Assembly: GCA_934778205.1 (NCBI GenBank)
Contig: CAKVOD010000003.1
Coordinates: 109,890-173,889 of the forward strand
Direction: 5' to 3'
DNA: 64,000 nucleotides
From: an uncultured Clostridia bacterium
GTDB taxonomy: Bacteria > Bacillota > Clostridia > Christensenellales > UBA1242
Part shown: positions 17,746-28,625 of the stretch, piece by piece
How the letters are laid out: the number at the start of each line of letters is the position of its first letter
Numbering within the stretch: the first letter of the stretch is position 1
The notes under the pieces: generated by a model
What the model was told of the DNA's origin: nothing
Databases searched by the model: none
The model's input: only the letters and a program-made list of their open reading frames with translations
Translations under genes and position numbers: made by a program

Positions 17746-19031
17746 TATTTCAAGAACCCTTTATAATTTCTCATCATCAATTGTCCTTCCAATTGTTTGT
17801 CAAATTCAAGTGCTACTGCAACGACGATGAGCATACCAGTCGCGGTGAACGCATTGACCAACCCACCACTAAATGTTGCATACTTGAACAAGATTGTTGG
17901 AACGATAAACACGAATGTGAGATATATTGCCCCGAAAAATGTTATTCTGTTTGAAATTTTGCTAATGTACTCAGCGGTTGGACGTCCAGCACGTATACCT
18001 GGTATGAACCCACCATTTTGCTGAAGTTGTCTACTTATTTCGTCAGGCTTAAATACCATTCCGCCATAGAAATATGAGAACAACAAAATCAAAATCGCTG
18101 AAGCAATGAAGTAGACTATTGTACCAACACCCATATATTGCGAATACCACAAGTAAGCGCTAGATGACGGCCAAAAGATTTGCATAATGTATTGCGGGAA
18201 CATTATGAAACTCATCGCAAAGATGATTGGCATAACACCGAAGCTATTAACCTTTATAGGAATATTAGTCGATTGCCCCCCATACATCTTTCTACCTTTT
18301 ATTTGCTTAGCATACTGAACCGGTATTTTTCTAACGGACAAATCTACGAATGTCATAAGTGTAAAAATCACCAATAACAATGCAAGGAATATTAAGATAT
18401 CCCAAAGATATTCGATATTTTCGCCCAATCCAGAAAGGCTACCGATTAATGCTGTACCAGCACTTGAGACGATGCCGATGAACACCAAAAGTGAAAGACC
18501 GTTGCCTATTCCTAGGTCAGTGATTTTTTCACCAAGCCACATTGTAAACATAGCACCAGCAATCAAAACCAATACTACGACTGTACCAATGAGCCACAAT
18601 GGTGCTCCACCAAGAGCGTTTTCGTTCAAGATTTTAGATGCACCAAAACCATAAACAATACCGATTGCTTGAATTAATGCCAAGCATAGGGTTACAATTC
18701 TTGTATAAAGAGCAATCTTTTTACGTCCTGTTTCCCCCATTTTTGACAATCTTTGAAGCGATGGCACTGCAAATGTCATTAGTTGCATTATGATTGACGC
18801 ACTGATGTATGGAACGACGCCGAGCGCCAAAAATGCTCCATTAGATAGTGCACCACCAGTTATTGCACTCAACAACGACAAAAAGTCGTTGCTCCCTTCA
18901 AAATAGTTAAATGCTATGCCGGGTATTGGCAACCAACAACCGACTCTATAGATAAGCAAAATCAATAAAGTCAAGAGAATTTTCTTTCTCACGTCTTTGG
19001 CTTTAAAGGCTTCTCTCAAGTTTTCAAACAT
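17745..19031 (-). CDS. secY: Preprotein translocase subunit SecY
   Basis: 428 aa and polytopic, with ...GGALSNGAFLALGVVPYISASIIMQL...GRKKI.. at the canonical position after rplO. Confidence 0.97.
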   Translation of the reverse strand: MFENLREAFKAKDVRKKILLTLLILLIYRVGCWLPIPGIAFNYFEGSNDFLSLLSAITGGALSNGAFLALGVVPYISASIIMQLMTFAVPSLQRLSKMGETGRKKIALYTRIVTLCLALIQAIGIVYGFGASKILNENALGGAPLWLIGTVVVLVLIAGAMFTMWLGEKITDLGIGNGLSLLVFIGIVSSAGTALIGSLSGLGENIEYLWDILIFLALLLVIFTLMTFVDLSVRKIPVQYAKQIKGRKMYGGQSTNIPIKVNSFGVMPIIFAMSFIMFPQYIMQIFWPSSSAYLWYSQYMGVGTIVYFIASAILILLFSYFYGGMVFKPDEISRQLQQNGGFIPGIRAGRPTAEYISKISNRITFFGAIYLTFVFIVPTILFKYATFSGGLVNAFTATGMLIVVAVALEFDKQLEGQLMMRNYKGFLK

Positions 19032-19477
19032 TATAGCACCTCAATACTGCCGCCCGCTTTCTCAATTTTTTCTTGAGCAGATTTTGTGAATTTAGCGGCT
19101 TTGACAGTTAGTTTTTTAGTCAATTCTCCGTTGCCGAGAACTTTTACGCCATAATCTTCAACTTTGCTGATTATGTTTTTATCCAATAACAACTTAGCAT
19201 CAACAACTGAACCATCGTCCAATTTTTCTAAATCGCTAACATTGATAATACTGTATTGTTTTTTGAAATTAGCATTATTGAATCCACGACGAGGAAGTCT
19301 ACGAATCAAAGGCATTTGACCACCCTCAAATCCAAGTCTTACTCCACCGCCACTGCGTGAATTTTGTCCTTTTTGTCCTCTGCCGGAAGTTTTGCCAAGC
19401 CCACTTCCTATACCACGACCAACGCGCTTTGCCTTTTTCGCGGAATTAGGAGCAGGACTGAGTTCGTGTATATTCAT
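19031..19477 (-). CDS. rplO: 50S ribosomal protein uL15
   Basis: 148 aa, ...[48 protein letters not shown]. Confidence 0.97.
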   Translation of the reverse strand: MNIHELSPAPNSAKKAKRVGRGIGSGLGKTSGRGQKGQNSRSGGGVRLGFEGGQMPLIRRLPRRGFNNANFKKQYSIINVSDLEKLDDGSVVDAKLLLDKNIISKVEDYGVKVLGNGELTKKLTVKAAKFTKSAQEKIEKAGGSIEVL

Positions 19478-19495
19478 TCTCTATGTCCTCCTTCC

Positions 19496-19759
19496 TTAAA
19501 GTTCCTCTACCTTAACAAGGTGCTTAACAGTGAAAATCATTCCACGAATTGCTTCGCTATCCTCAACAACTTTGCTTGTGTTGAGTTTTTTCAAACCAAG
19601 TGCTTCAACAGTTTTGCGTTGATTTGGTTTGCTTGAGCAAGCACTTTTGATTAAAGTAATTTTAATTTCTTTTTTTGCTTTTTTAGGTTTTGAAGTCTTC
19701 TTAGGCTTAGCGTCTGCTACTGCAACTTCGATGTTTTCAACATTTTCTTTGCTTTCCAT
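19496..19759 (-). CDS. rpmD: 50S ribosomal protein uL30 with a ~28-aa acidic/lysine-rich N-terminal tail
   Basis: 87 aa. The core, [54 protein letters not shown], is uL30. It is preceded by [31 protein letters not shown]. Confidence 0.93.
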   Translation of the reverse strand: MESKENVENIEVAVADAKPKKTSKPKKAKKEIKITLIKSACSSKPNQRKTVEALGLKKLNTSKVVEDSEAIRGMIFTVKHLVKVEEL

Positions 19760-19761
19760 AA

Positions 19762-20412
19762 TTAGTTCTCCTCTACCATATTTTGATTTTTTCCGCGTAA
19801 TTTATTGACTTCGTCAAGTGTTTTGAGGCTCATAAGCGCTTCAAGAGTTGCTTTTACACAATTTTCTTTGTTTGAACTACCATGTAATTTCGTTGTGATG
19901 TCACGAATACCAGCAAGTTCAACAACTGCACGAGCAGCACCACCAGCAATGATACCATTACCATCTTTTGCAGGAAGCAAAATGATTTGGCTTGTACCGA
20001 ATCTGCCTTTAGTTGCGTGCGGAATTGTTGTTCCGTCCATAGCGATTGTGACCAAATTTTTCTTTGCATTCTTGATTGCTTTTTCGACAGCTTCAGATTG
20101 TTCGCGAGATTTTCCGCGACCAACACCGACTTTACCCTTTTTATCCCCAACTACAACGAGTACTGAGAATGTTTGGATGTCGCCACCTTTAACTGACTTT
20201 GAAACTCTGCGTCTTGAAACGACACGGCTTTCCATTTCGTCACGTGGCTTTCTGTCGTCACGACGACGTTTGTCATCGCGTTTGCCAAATTTCTTGTTTC
20301 TATCAAACTTTCCGCCACGTCTATCTTTGTTGTCACCTTTAGGTGCTTCAACAGCGTTTTCAACTACTTCTGGTTGTTCAGCAGTTACTTTAACTTCTTC
20401 ATTATTTTCCAT
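19762..20412 (-). CDS. rpsE: 30S ribosomal protein uS5 with a ~60-aa charged N-terminal extension
   Basis: The core, ...[37 protein letters not shown]...[18 protein letters not shown], is uS5. The ATG at 20412 follows GGAGGAAGTT (the track ORF starts 12 nt earlier). Confidence 0.95.
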   Translation of the reverse strand: MENNEEVKVTAEQPEVVENAVEAPKGDNKDRRGGKFDRNKKFGKRDDKRRRDDRKPRDEMESRVVSRRRVSKSVKGGDIQTFSVLVVVGDKKGKVGVGRGKSREQSEAVEKAIKNAKKNLVTIAMDGTTIPHATKGRFGTSQIILLPAKDGNGIIAGGAARAVVELAGIRDITTKLHGSSNKENCVKATLEALMSLKTLDEVNKLRGKNQNMVEEN

Positions 20413-20423
20413 AACTTCCTCCA

Positions 20424-20792
20424 TTATAGCACCAACCCTGAACTTCTTGCACCGTCAGCAAGTTCTTTTACGCGACCGGTATACAAGTATCCACCGCGGT
20501 CGAAAACTACAGTTTTGATACCCTTTTCAATAGCACGTTCAGCAATAATATTACCAATAACTTGTGCTTGTTCTTTCTTTGTTTTTCCTTTCAATTTGTC
20601 AGCGAGTGCTTTCTCAACAGTAGATGCGCTAGCAAGAGTTACACCACGCGTATCGTCAATGATTTGCGCGTAGATGTGAGTAGTGCTTCTATAAACGTTC
20701 AATCTAGGACGCTCAGCGGTGCCAGAAACCTTGTTTCTAACTCTAAAATGACGAAGCTTTCTCAACTGATTTTTGTTTTCTTTATTAATCAT
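20424..20792 (-). CDS. rplR: 50S ribosomal protein uL18
   Basis: 122 aa, ...[29 protein letters not shown]...[24 protein letters not shown]. Confidence 0.97.
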   Translation of the reverse strand: MINKENKNQLRKLRHFRVRNKVSGTAERPRLNVYRSTTHIYAQIIDDTRGVTLASASTVEKALADKLKGKTKKEQAQVIGNIIAERAIEKGIKTVVFDRGGYLYTGRVKELADGARSSGLVL

Positions 20793-20802
20793 TATCTACT
20801 CC

Positions 20803-21351
20803 CTATTTCTTACCTGCAGTCTTACTGCCTTCTTTCTTAACCACAACTTCGTCCGAATAGCGGATACCGTATAGGTGGTAAGGCTCAACTCTTCTAATGT
20901 CGCGAATTTTCGCTGCGAATTGACCGACTTTTTCTTTGTCTATCCCTTTTACTTCAACTTCAGTAATTGATGGACAACTTGTTGTTACGCCGTCAGCGTC
21001 AAGCACTTCTTTAGGTTTTGAGAACCCGAGTTCGAGAACCAACTTATTACCTTGTTTTTGTGCTTTGAAACCTACGCCGTTTACGATAAGTTTCTTTGTG
21101 AAACCATGTGTGACACCTTCAATCATATTGTTGAGAAGCGTTCTTGAAAGTCCGTGCAAAGCGCGTGCTTCCTTTGAATCATCACAACGAATAACTTTGA
21201 TTGTGTCGCCGTCTTTTTCAAATGAAATTTCTTTGTTAAATTTTCTTTCCAATTGTCCCAGCTGGCCTTTTACAAGGACTACATTGCCATCCTTGAATTC
21301 AACCTGTGTGTTTGCTGGGATAGTGATTGGATGTCTACCGATTCTTGACAT
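20803..21351 (-). CDS. rplF: 50S ribosomal protein uL6
   Basis: 182 aa, MSRIGRHPITIPANTQVEFKDGNVVLVKGQLGQLE...EPYHLYGIRYSDEVV.KKEGK. Confidence 0.97.
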   Translation of the reverse strand: MSRIGRHPITIPANTQVEFKDGNVVLVKGQLGQLERKFNKEISFEKDGDTIKVIRCDDSKEARALHGLSRTLLNNMIEGVTHGFTKKLIVNGVGFKAQKQGNKLVLELGFSKPKEVLDADGVTTSCPSITEVEVKGIDKEKVGQFAAKIRDIRRVEPYHLYGIRYSDEVVVKKEGSKTAGKK

Positions 21352-21366
21352 ATTATTCTCCTCCCA

Positions 21367-21765
21367 TTACCACACATAGGCAATAATTTCGCCACCAAGT
21401 TTGGCTTCTCTTGCCTGTTCATCTGTCATTAATCCTTTGCTAGTCGAAACTATTGCAATTCCAAGCCCATTGAGAACTTTAGGTAAATCTTCTACCCCTG
21501 CATATACACGCAAACCAGGTTTGGAGATTCTCTTAAGTCCGCCAATAACGCTGTGTTTTTTGTCGCTATATTTTAATTCGATAACGATTTCTGGCTTTCC
21601 ATTGTTCTCTTCAACTTTAAAACCGTTGATGAACCCTTCAGCCAATAAAATGTCAGCTATGCTCTTTTTGATTGTAGAACTAGGAATTGTTACTGTTTCG
21701 TGTCTAACCATCAAAGCATTTCTAATTCTTGTGAGCATATCTGCTATTGGGTCATTAGTCGTCAT
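21367..21765 (-). CDS. rpsH: 30S ribosomal protein uS8
   Basis: 132 aa, [38 protein letters not shown]...GGEIIAYVW. Confidence 0.97.
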   Translation of the reverse strand: MTTNDPIADMLTRIRNALMVRHETVTIPSSTIKKSIADILLAEGFINGFKVEENNGKPEIVIELKYSDKKHSVIGGLKRISKPGLRVYAGVEDLPKVLNGLGIAIVSTSKGLMTDEQAREAKLGGEIIAYVW

Positions 21766-21780
21766 TTTTCATTCTCCTCC

Positions 21781-21966
21781 TTACCAGCTTGCCTTCTTTA
21801 CTCCTGGAATTTCGCCTTTATAAGCCAATTCACGGAAGCAAATTCTGCATATTCCATATTTTCTCAAAACTGCATGAGGACGCCCACAGATAGCGCAACG
21901 AGTATATTCTCTTGTCGAGAATTTTTGTTTTCTTTGTTGTTTTACAACCAACGCTTTTCTAGCCAT
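21781..21966 (-). CDS. rpsN: 30S ribosomal protein uS14, type Z (zinc-binding, 61 aa)
   Basis: [61 protein letters not shown]: a Cys4 short form. Confidence 0.97.
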   Translation of the reverse strand: MARKALVVKQQRKQKFSTREYTRCAICGRPHAVLRKYGICRICFRELAYKGEIPGVKKASW

Positions 21967-21975
21967 TATTTCCTC

Positions 21976-22530
21976 CTACTTTTTGAAAGGCATACCAAGT
22001 GCTGTAAGCAATGCCTTTGCCTCTTCATTAGATTTTGCAGTTGTTACGAAACAAATATCAAGTCCCCTTACTTTTTCAATATTTTCATAACTGATTTCAG
22101 GGAAAATCAATTGTTCTTTGACACCTAGGTTATAATTTCCTCTGCCGTCAAATGATTTTGTTGATACGCCATCAAAGTCACGGACACGTGGAAGAACTAT
22201 TGATACAAATCTGTCAAAAAATTCATACATATTTGTTCCACGCAAGGTAACCTTTGCGCCAACACTTTGTTTTTCTCTCAATTTAAAGTTTGAAATTGAT
22301 TTTTTTGCCTTTGTAACAATAGGTTTTTGCCCAGAAATTAGCCCTAGTTCTTCAACTGTTTGGTTGAAAGACTTTGAGTTGTCTTTGACATCACCAAGTC
22401 CCATATTTAAAACAATTTTTTCGAGTTTTGGAACTTCATTAATGTTCTTATAGCCAAGTTCAGCCATAAGGTTTTTTCTAACTTCGTTGATATATTTTTC
22501 TTGAAGTCTTGGCATTTCAGTTTTTGCCAT
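21976..22530 (-). CDS. rplE: 50S ribosomal protein uL5
   Basis: 184 aa, ...[19 protein letters not shown]...[18 protein letters not shown]......GLDI. Confidence 0.97.
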   Translation of the reverse strand: MAKTEMPRLQEKYINEVRKNLMAELGYKNINEVPKLEKIVLNMGLGDVKDNSKSFNQTVEELGLISGQKPIVTKAKKSISNFKLREKQSVGAKVTLRGTNMYEFFDRFVSIVLPRVRDFDGVSTKSFDGRGNYNLGVKEQLIFPEISYENIEKVRGLDICFVTTAKSNEEAKALLTALGMPFKK

Positions 22531-22556
22531 TTTTTCCTCCTACGGGTTGATTCCTA

Positions 22557-22973
22557 TTATTCTTGAGAACTTTCTTCTGCTTTTACAGCAGGAGCGTCAG
22601 TTTTTTCTGCTTTTGCTTTCGACTTTTCTTTCTTTGCTACTTTTTTTGCTTTAGCAACTTCTAGACTGCCACCGCATTTTTTGCAAGTACGAACTTTCTT
22701 GCCTTCAACAACTGAGTGTGCAACTCTTGTTGCTTTCCCACACACTGGGCAAAGAACCATTACGTTTGATGCATCAATAGGCGCTTCTTCTTTGAAAATT
22801 CCGCCTTTTTCTTGTGCACTCTTTGGTTTTTTAGCCTTTGTCACAATGTTTACTTTTTCAACAAGTACTCTATTATCCTTAGGGTAGGAAACCAAAATTT
22901 TTCCAGTTTTGCCTTTATCTTTACCGGCAATAACGAGCACATTGTCGCCTTTCTTTACGCTTAATTTTGCCAT
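22557..22973 (-). CDS. rplX: 50S ribosomal protein uL24 with an embedded CxxC...CxxC motif and a K/A/E-rich C-terminal tail
   Basis: 138 aa. It has the KOW N-terminus MAKLSVKKGDNVLVIAGKDKGKTGKIL and ..GGIFKEEAPIDASNVMV. These are followed by LCPVCGKATRVAHSVVEGKKVRTCKKCGGSL and a lysine/alanine tail. Confidence 0.95.
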   Translation of the reverse strand: MAKLSVKKGDNVLVIAGKDKGKTGKILVSYPKDNRVLVEKVNIVTKAKKPKSAQEKGGIFKEEAPIDASNVMVLCPVCGKATRVAHSVVEGKKVRTCKKCGGSLEVAKAKKVAKKEKSKAKAEKTDAPAVKAEESSQE

Positions 22974-22984
22974 AATCTCCTCCC

Positions 22985-23353
22985 TTATAGTACCTCTTGA
23001 GCAAGACTTGATATCTTCAAGTAACCTGCGTCACGGATTTCTCTTGCAACAGGTCCGAAAATACGAGTCCCACGTGGTTGTTTATCTTTGTCGATGATAA
23101 CTGCTGCATTGTCGCCAAATTTGATGTATGAACCATCTTCACGGCGCATACCACTAACTGAGCGAACAATAACACATTTGACAACATCGCCTTTCTTTAC
23201 GACGCCACCAGGAGTCGCAGTTTTAACAGATGCTACAATGATGTCGCCAATGTTTCCACTTTTTCTGTGTGAACCGCCAAGAACACGAATGCACATAACT
23301 GTTTTTGCACCAGTGTTGTCAGCAACCTTTAATATTGATTGTGGTTGAATCAT
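22985..23353 (-). CDS. rplN: 50S ribosomal protein uL14
   Basis: 122 aa, [39 protein letters not shown]...RIFGPVARE. Confidence 0.98.
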   Translation of the reverse strand: MIQPQSILKVADNTGAKTVMCIRVLGGSHRKSGNIGDIIVASVKTATPGGVVKKGDVVKCVIVRSVSGMRREDGSYIKFGDNAAVIIDKDKQPRGTRIFGPVAREIRDAGYLKISSLAQEVL

Positions 23354-23370
23354 AATTTCCTCCTGATAGA

Positions 23371-23631
23371 TTACTTCTTCTTTTCAATAATTCTGACAAG
23401 TCTGAAGAATTTGTCCTTGCTCAAATGTCTTGTTTCAGCGATTTCGACTCTATCGCCAATTTCACACTCATTGTTTTCGTCGTGAACTTTGTACTTTTTA
23501 GTGCTGTTCATAACTTTACCAACTTTTGAGTGTTTTCTGCTTCTAACTTCAACAACAATGGTTTTATCCATTTTATCGCTTACCACGATACCCTCACGGA
23601 TTTTGCGGTCATTTCTTTGTATGTTTTCCAT
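23371..23631 (-). CDS. rpsQ: 30S ribosomal protein uS17
   Basis: [29 protein letters not shown].....H.K.GK......[32 protein letters not shown] lies 6 nt upstream of the ATG at 23631 (the track ORF begins 15 nt earlier). Confidence 0.95.
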   Translation of the reverse strand: MENIQRNDRKIREGIVVSDKMDKTIVVEVRSRKHSKVGKVMNSTKKYKVHDENNECEIGDRVEIAETRHLSKDKFFRLVRIIEKKK

Positions 23632-23645
23632 CTTAGACCCTCCCA

Positions 23646-23852
23646 TTAGTTATTGCTAGAATTTTGACTTTGTCTTTGTTTCAAGATTGTCAAAACTCTT
23701 GCAATATCCTTTTTGGTGTTATTTATTTGCATTGGATTAGCAAGTTGCCCCGTTGCGTGAGAGAATCTCAAGTTAAAGAGTTCGCTTTTAAGCGCTTTGT
23801 ACTTGTTTTCAAGTTCGTCAGTTGTCAATTCTTTCAAATCTTTTGCTTTCAT
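23646..23852 (-). CDS. rpmC: 50S ribosomal protein uL29
   Basis: 68 aa, [36 protein letters not shown]......K.IAR..T. Confidence 0.95.
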   Translation of the reverse strand: MKAKDLKELTTDELENKYKALKSELFNLRFSHATGQLANPMQINNTKKDIARVLTILKQRQSQNSSNN

Positions 23853-24289
23853 TACGCTCTCCCACCTTCTTCATTATTTTGTTCTTCTCTCTTGACAAAT
23901 TTTGTCAATACTGGAAGTTTGTGGCTTGCTAGTCTTAATGCTTCCTTAGCGACTTCTTCAGAAACTCCGCCAAGTTCCATAATAATATTACCAGGCTTAA
24001 CCACCGCTACCCATTGTTCAGGTTGTCCTTTACCGCCACCCATACGAACGCCGAGAGGCTTACTTGTTATAGGCTTGTGAGGGAATATTTTTACCCACAA
24101 TTGCCCTTGTCTTTTCATATAACGGTTTGCAGCGACTCTTATCGCTTCAATTTGGTTGGTTGTTATCCAGCCAGACTCAAGTGCAACAAGTGCATAGTCG
24201 CCATAAGCGATTTTGTTGTTTCTTGTTGCCTTTCCAGTCATTCTACCACGAAATTGCTTTCTGTGTTTCACTCTTTTGGGCATTAACAT
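23852..24289 (-). CDS. rplP: 50S ribosomal protein uL16
   Basis: 145 aa, [19 protein letters not shown].....I.YGDYAL.ALE..WIT..QIEA.R.A..R. Confidence 0.98.
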   Translation of the reverse strand: MLMPKRVKHRKQFRGRMTGKATRNNKIAYGDYALVALESGWITTNQIEAIRVAANRYMKRQGQLWVKIFPHKPITSKPLGVRMGGGKGQPEQWVAVVKPGNIIMELGGVSEEVAKEALRLASHKLPVLTKFVKREEQNNEEGGRA

Positions 24290-24966
24290 TATTCGTTTCC
24301 TCCCATTTCAGTTGTTTTTTGTGTTCTATTTTTCTTTCCAAGGATGTTTCCTTTATAAACCCAAACTTTAACGCCGACAACACCATATGTTGTGTGTGCG
24401 CTTGCTGTGCCATAATCAATGTCAGCACGCAATGTTTGCAAAGGAAGTGAACCCAAGTGGAAGCTTTCGCTACGGGCAATTTCTGCACCGTTCAAACGTC
24501 CGCCAACTGTGATTTTAACACCCTCAGCACCTGCTTTCATAACGCGAGGCATAACATCTTTGATTGCACGCTTGAATGCAACACGTTTTTCAAGTTGCAT
24601 TGCAATGCCTTCAGCAATAAGTTGCGCATCAAGGTCAACTCTCTTGACATCTTTGATGTTCAAAATGATGTTTTTGCAATCTGTTACTTTAGCAAGGTCT
24701 TTTTTGATTGTTTCAATTCCAGCACCCTTTTGTCCAATCAACATACCTGGACGACCAGTGTTGATGTTGACAATCAACTTTGAATCAGTTCTTTCAATTT
24801 CGATGCTTGAAATGTTTGCATTGTAATATTTAGATTTTAATGCTTCTCTAATTTTCTTATCTTCAAGGAGATTTTTAGCAAAGTCTGCTTTGTCAGCATA
24901 CCATACTGAACTCCAACCCTTGTTGATACCAACTCTGAGTCCATGTGGACTTACTTTTTGACCCAT
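24289..24966 (-). CDS. rpsC: 30S ribosomal protein uS3
   Basis: 225 aa, [24 protein letters not shown]....FA..L.ED.KIR...[12 protein letters not shown]....[13 protein letters not shown]. Confidence 0.98.
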   Translation of the reverse strand: MGQKVSPHGLRVGINKGWSSVWYADKADFAKNLLEDKKIREALKSKYYNANISSIEIERTDSKLIVNINTGRPGMLIGQKGAGIETIKKDLAKVTDCKNIILNIKDVKRVDLDAQLIAEGIAMQLEKRVAFKRAIKDVMPRVMKAGAEGVKITVGGRLNGAEIARSESFHLGSLPLQTLRADIDYGTASAHTTYGVVGVKVWVYKGNILGKKNRTQKTTEMGGNE

Positions 24967-24968
24967 AG

Positions 24969-25364
24969 TTACTTTGCCCCTCCTTCTTGTGTTAATTTAA
25001 CTGTGATGTGGCTTGTTCTCTTCAAAATCACATCCATACTTCCACGACCACGTGGGAGTATTCTTTTCAATGTTGGGCCAGCATTTGCATACGCTTCGCT
25101 AACCACAAGTTCATCTCTGCTCATTCCCAAGTTGTTTTCCGCATTTGCAGCAGCACTCTTTACAACTTTGTAAACTTCTTCGCTAGCGCCATTAGGAAGA
25201 TACTTGAGAATTGCGAGGGCTTCATCAACTTTTTTGCCTCTGATTGTGCTAAGTACAAGATTAACTTTTGAAGGACTTATGCGCACATATTTTGCAGTAG
25301 CGCAAGGTCTTTTGTCTTTGTTTTCTGCACGTTTGAGGGCTTTTTCTCTAATTCTTTTTGCCAT
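24969..25364 (-). CDS. rplV: 50S ribosomal protein uL22
   Basis: 131 aa, ...[14 protein letters not shown]...IRGK.V.EAL.IL...P..ASE.V.KV..SA.ANAE.N. Confidence 0.96.
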   Translation of the reverse strand: MAKRIREKALKRAENKDKRPCATAKYVRISPSKVNLVLSTIRGKKVDEALAILKYLPNGASEEVYKVVKSAAANAENNLGMSRDELVVSEAYANAGPTLKRILPRGRGSMDVILKRTSHITVKLTQEGGAK

Positions 25365-25376
25365 CTATATTTCTCC

Positions 25377-25658
25377 TTACTTACCCTTTTTTGCTGTTTT
25401 GTCGCCAGCATGACCGCGGTATGTTCTTGTAGGTGCAAATTCACCCAACTTGTGTCCTACCAATTCAACAGAACAATATACAGGAATAAATTTTTTCCCG
25501 TTGTGAACAGCGATTGTGTGTCCAATAAATTCTGGATAAATCGTTGATGACCTTGACCAAGTCTTGATGACTTTCTTTTGGCCACTAGCATTCATTTCTT
25601 GAACACGTTTCATCAGTCTTTCTTCAACGAAAGGTTTTTTCTTTAAACTTCTACTCAT
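25377..25658 (-). CDS. rpsS: 30S ribosomal protein uS19
   Basis: 93 aa, [11 protein letters not shown]...L...V...N.....[30 protein letters not shown]....[16 protein letters not shown]. Confidence 0.98.
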   Translation of the reverse strand: MSRSLKKKPFVEERLMKRVQEMNASGQKKVIKTWSRSSTIYPEFIGHTIAVHNGKKFIPVYCSVELVGHKLGEFAPTRTYRGHAGDKTAKKGK

Positions 25659-25669
25659 TTTCTCTCACC

Positions 25670-26494
25670 TTATTTAGCCCTTTTAACTATCAATCTGTTG
25701 GATTTTGTTTTCTTGCGGGTTTTCAAGCCAAGAGCAGGTTTGCCCCATGGAGTCATAGGGTTCTTTCTACCAATAGGTGCTTTACCTTCACCACCACCGT
25801 GAGGGTGATCAACTGGGTTCATAGCAGAACCACGAACTGTTGGGCGAACACCTCTGTGACGATTTGCCCCTGCTTTTCCGACTTTTGTGTTTGAATAGTC
25901 AACGTTGCCGACTTGACCAATTGTAGCACGGCAAGTTGCAAGAACCATTCTCATTTCACCTGAAGGCATTTTGAGTGTTGCGTAGTTGCCTTCCTTAGCC
26001 ATCAAACGCGCACTAATCCCTGCTGAACGCGCGAATTGACCGCCTCTACCTGGGTGCAATTCAATGTTGTGAACAATTGAACCGACTGGGATTTTAGCAA
26101 GTGGAAGTGCATTACCAACTTTGATTTCAGCATTTTCACCGCTCATAACTTCAGCACCAACTGTCAAACCAACTGGAGCGAGAATGTATCTCTTTTCGCC
26201 GTCTACATATTGAAGCAATGCAATGTATGCAGAGCGGTTAGGGTCGTACTCAATAGCAACAACTTTTGCCTTGACGTCGTCCTTATTTCTCTTGAAGTCG
26301 ATGATTCTGTAGTGCTTTTTAGCGCCACCACCTTGGTGACGAACTGTAATTTTGCCTTGATTGTTTCTACCTGCTTTTCTTTTCTTTGTTGCAAGCAATG
26401 ACTTTTCCGGCGTTGTCTTTGTGATTTCCTCAAAGGAAGAAGTAACAATGAAACGCATTGACGGAGTTGTCGGATTATGTCTTTTTACTGCCAT
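25670..26494 (-). CDS. rplB: 50S ribosomal protein uL2
   Basis: 274 aa, ...GRNN.G.ITVRH.GGG.K..YR.IDFKR.....[26 protein letters not shown]...[10 protein letters not shown]. Confidence 0.98.
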   Translation of the reverse strand: MAVKRHNPTTPSMRFIVTSSFEEITKTTPEKSLLATKKRKAGRNNQGKITVRHQGGGAKKHYRIIDFKRNKDDVKAKVVAIEYDPNRSAYIALLQYVDGEKRYILAPVGLTVGAEVMSGENAEIKVGNALPLAKIPVGSIVHNIELHPGRGGQFARSAGISARLMAKEGNYATLKMPSGEMRMVLATCRATIGQVGNVDYSNTKVGKAGANRHRGVRPTVRGSAMNPVDHPHGGGEGKAPIGRKNPMTPWGKPALGLKTRKKTKSNRLIVKRAK

Positions 26495-26507
26495 TATTTT
26501 TTCCTCC

Positions 26508-26813
26508 TTAACTTAGACTCTCAAAGAACTCAATAGCCTTGCTCTCTTTAGTAAGAGTAACGCAAGCCTTTTTGTATTCCGAAGTTGTGATATCAATAGA
26601 CTTTTTCTTCCCTGCTTTGTGTGTCTTTGGTTTTCCAGGCATAACTGCCGTTGTAACCTTTGCAACTTTTACTTTAAAAATTTCTTCTACCGCGTTCTTT
26701 ACGTCAACTTTTGTTGCATTTTTGTCAACGATGAACCAATATTTTTTGCCTTGAATGTCAGCATATGATTTTTCAGACAAAAGCGGTTTTTTAATAATAT
26801 CGTAAGCGTTCAT
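26508..26813 (-). CDS. rplW: 50S ribosomal protein uL23
   Basis: 101 aa, ..[14 protein letters not shown].......KY.F.VD..A.K..VK.AVEEIF.VKV..V.T. Its position between rplD and rplB is conserved. Confidence 0.95.
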   Translation of the reverse strand: MNAYDIIKKPLLSEKSYADIQGKKYWFIVDKNATKVDVKNAVEEIFKVKVAKVTTAVMPGKPKTHKAGKKKSIDITTSEYKKACVTLTKESKAIEFFESLS

Positions 26814-27439
26814 TATGCCTTATAAGCCTCCTCGATAGATTTGATGGCTTCTTGCGTAAGAATAAGTTTATTTGTTGCAACAATTTGGTAAACATTTAAC
26901 AAATCGCTGTCGCAAACATTAACTTTAGGAATGTTTCCGCTTGCACGGCTAACACTCTCATCGCTTCCCTTTAAAACAACAAGCGCACTCTTATTGACTT
27001 TGAAGTTGTCCAAAACCTTTTTCATTTCTTTAGTTTTTGGAGCGTTCAATTTCAATTCGTTTACAACAATAATGTCATTTTGAGCGAGTTTTGTGCTAAT
27101 AGCACTGATGAATGCTGCTCTCTTCATTTGTTTGTTGATTTTTTGTGAGAAATCGCGTGGCTTTGGTGCAAATACAACACCACCACCTCTCCATTGTGGA
27201 CCCTTTGTAGAACCGTGACGAGCACGACCTGTTCCCTTTTGTCTCCAAGGTTTCTTTGCGTGTCCGCGAACTTCGCTACGTGTGAGCGCGCTCTTTGTGC
27301 CTTGACGTTGATTTGCAAGATATGCTTTAACAACTTGGTGAATCAACGCTTCATTGTATTCAGCGCCAAAAACTTCGTCGCTAAGTGTCAATGTCCCTGC
27401 TTTAGCACCTGTCATATCGAATACATCTATTTTTGCCAT
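26813..27439 (-). CDS. rplD: 50S ribosomal protein uL4
   Basis: 208 aa, ...V.AYLANQRQGT...LTRSEVRG..KKPWRQKGTGRARHGS...PQWRGGGVVF.PKPRD. Confidence 0.98.
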   Translation of the reverse strand: MAKIDVFDMTGAKAGTLTLSDEVFGAEYNEALIHQVVKAYLANQRQGTKSALTRSEVRGHAKKPWRQKGTGRARHGSTKGPQWRGGGVVFAPKPRDFSQKINKQMKRAAFISAISTKLAQNDIIVVNELKLNAPKTKEMKKVLDNFKVNKSALVVLKGSDESVSRASGNIPKVNVCDSDLLNVYQIVATNKLILTQEAIKSIEEAYKA

Positions 27440-27449
27440 AGTTTTCTCC

Positions 27450-28082
27450 TTATGCCTTTACAGCGTCTTTTAGTGTCACCAATGCACCGCGTGCACCTGG
27501 GACAGCGCCCTTAACCAAAATGAGGTTGCGTGCTGTGTCGACTTTTACAACTGTTAGATTCAAAACAGTTTTTCTAACGTTTCCGTATTGCCCTGGCATA
27601 TGACGTCCTGGACGAACTCTAGCCACTGCAGTACTTGCACCGAGTGAACCAACTGCTCTATGAACCTTGTTTCCACCATGAGTATTTCTTTGGTGATGAG
27701 CATTCCATCTCTTAATCATACCACTGAATCCGTGACCTTTTGAAAGTGCGCTTGCATCAACAACTTCGTCAGCGTTAAAAATGTCGCATTTGATTTCTTG
27801 ACCAACTTTGTATTCGCTAGCGTTTTCAAGTCTGAATTCACGAAGATATTTCTTTGGTGTGATTTCTGCTTTTTTGAAGAGCCCCATTTCTGGTTTATTC
27901 ACAAGCTTTTCTCTTTTGTCTTCAAAGCCAACAACGATTGCATTGTAGCCATCAGTTTCAACAGTTTTAACTTGCGCAACATAACACGGGCCCGCTTGAA
28001 TGACTGTTACAGGAATTACAGTTCCGTTGTCTGCGAAAACCTGTGTCATACCCAATTTTTTTCCTAAAATTGCTTTTTCCAT
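27450..28082 (-). CDS. rplC: 50S ribosomal protein uL3
   Basis: 210 aa, [15 protein letters not shown]...G..IPVTVI.AGPC.V.QVKT.E.DGYNA...SKGHGF.G.IKRWN.... Confidence 0.98.
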   Translation of the reverse strand: MEKAILGKKLGMTQVFADNGTVIPVTVIQAGPCYVAQVKTVETDGYNAIVVGFEDKREKLVNKPEMGLFKKAEITPKKYLREFRLENASEYKVGQEIKCDIFNADEVVDASALSKGHGFSGMIKRWNAHHQRNTHGGNKVHRAVGSLGASTAVARVRPGRHMPGQYGNVRKTVLNLTVVKVDTARNLILVKGAVPGARGALVTLKDAVKA

Positions 28083-28100
28083 AATTCTCTCCTTACTAAA

Positions 28101-28409
28101 TTAGAGCTTTATCTTGATATCGACACCGGCTGGCAAGTCAAGTTTTGTCAAACTATCGACAACCTTTGATGATGGACTGTAGATATCAATCAAGCGTTTG
28201 TGTGTTCTGATTTCAAATTGCTCACGTGAGTCTTTGTACTTGAACGGAGCTCTTATGATTGTTACGACTTCCTTTTGTGTTGGAAGTGGAATCGGGCCAG
28301 AAATTTGAGCACCCGATTTCTGCGCTGCATCGACTATTTTATTAGCAGCCGCATCAATCAAGTTGTGGTCATATGATTTCAACTTGATTCTAATTTTTGT
28401 TGTTGCCAT
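28101..28409 (-). CDS. rpsJ: 30S ribosomal protein uS10
   Basis: 102 aa, ..[20 protein letters not shown]...[11 protein letters not shown]......[21 protein letters not shown]. Confidence 0.98.
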   Translation of the reverse strand: MATTKIRIKLKSYDHNLIDAAANKIVDAAQKSGAQISGPIPLPTQKEVVTIIRAPFKYKDSREQFEIRTHKRLIDIYSPSSKVVDSLTKLDLPAGVDIKIKL

Positions 28410-28625
28410 AAATTGTTTCCTCCTATCCTAATCTACTTTCGGCAAGAAAATTTTTTATTTTTAATACACTTGCCCGTGTGTATCTTATCTGTGAATTAAA
28501 AAAAATAAAAAATTATGTAATAGATTAGTCGCCTAAATTTTTCTAGACATTTGTCCATTGAAATTCTCCACTAAGACTAGCATCTTAGCAGTAACTTCCA
28601 ACTTCATCCCATTCACAGTGTTTAG

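Noticed and set aside
19805-20518. 237-aa plus-strand ORF, and the many similar 60-190-aa ORFs antisense to the ribosomal, aaRS, tex and giant genes.
   Set aside because: They lie fully antisense to strongly supported conserved genes. They have S/L/F-rich shadow-ORF composition, no RBS, and no recognisable family.
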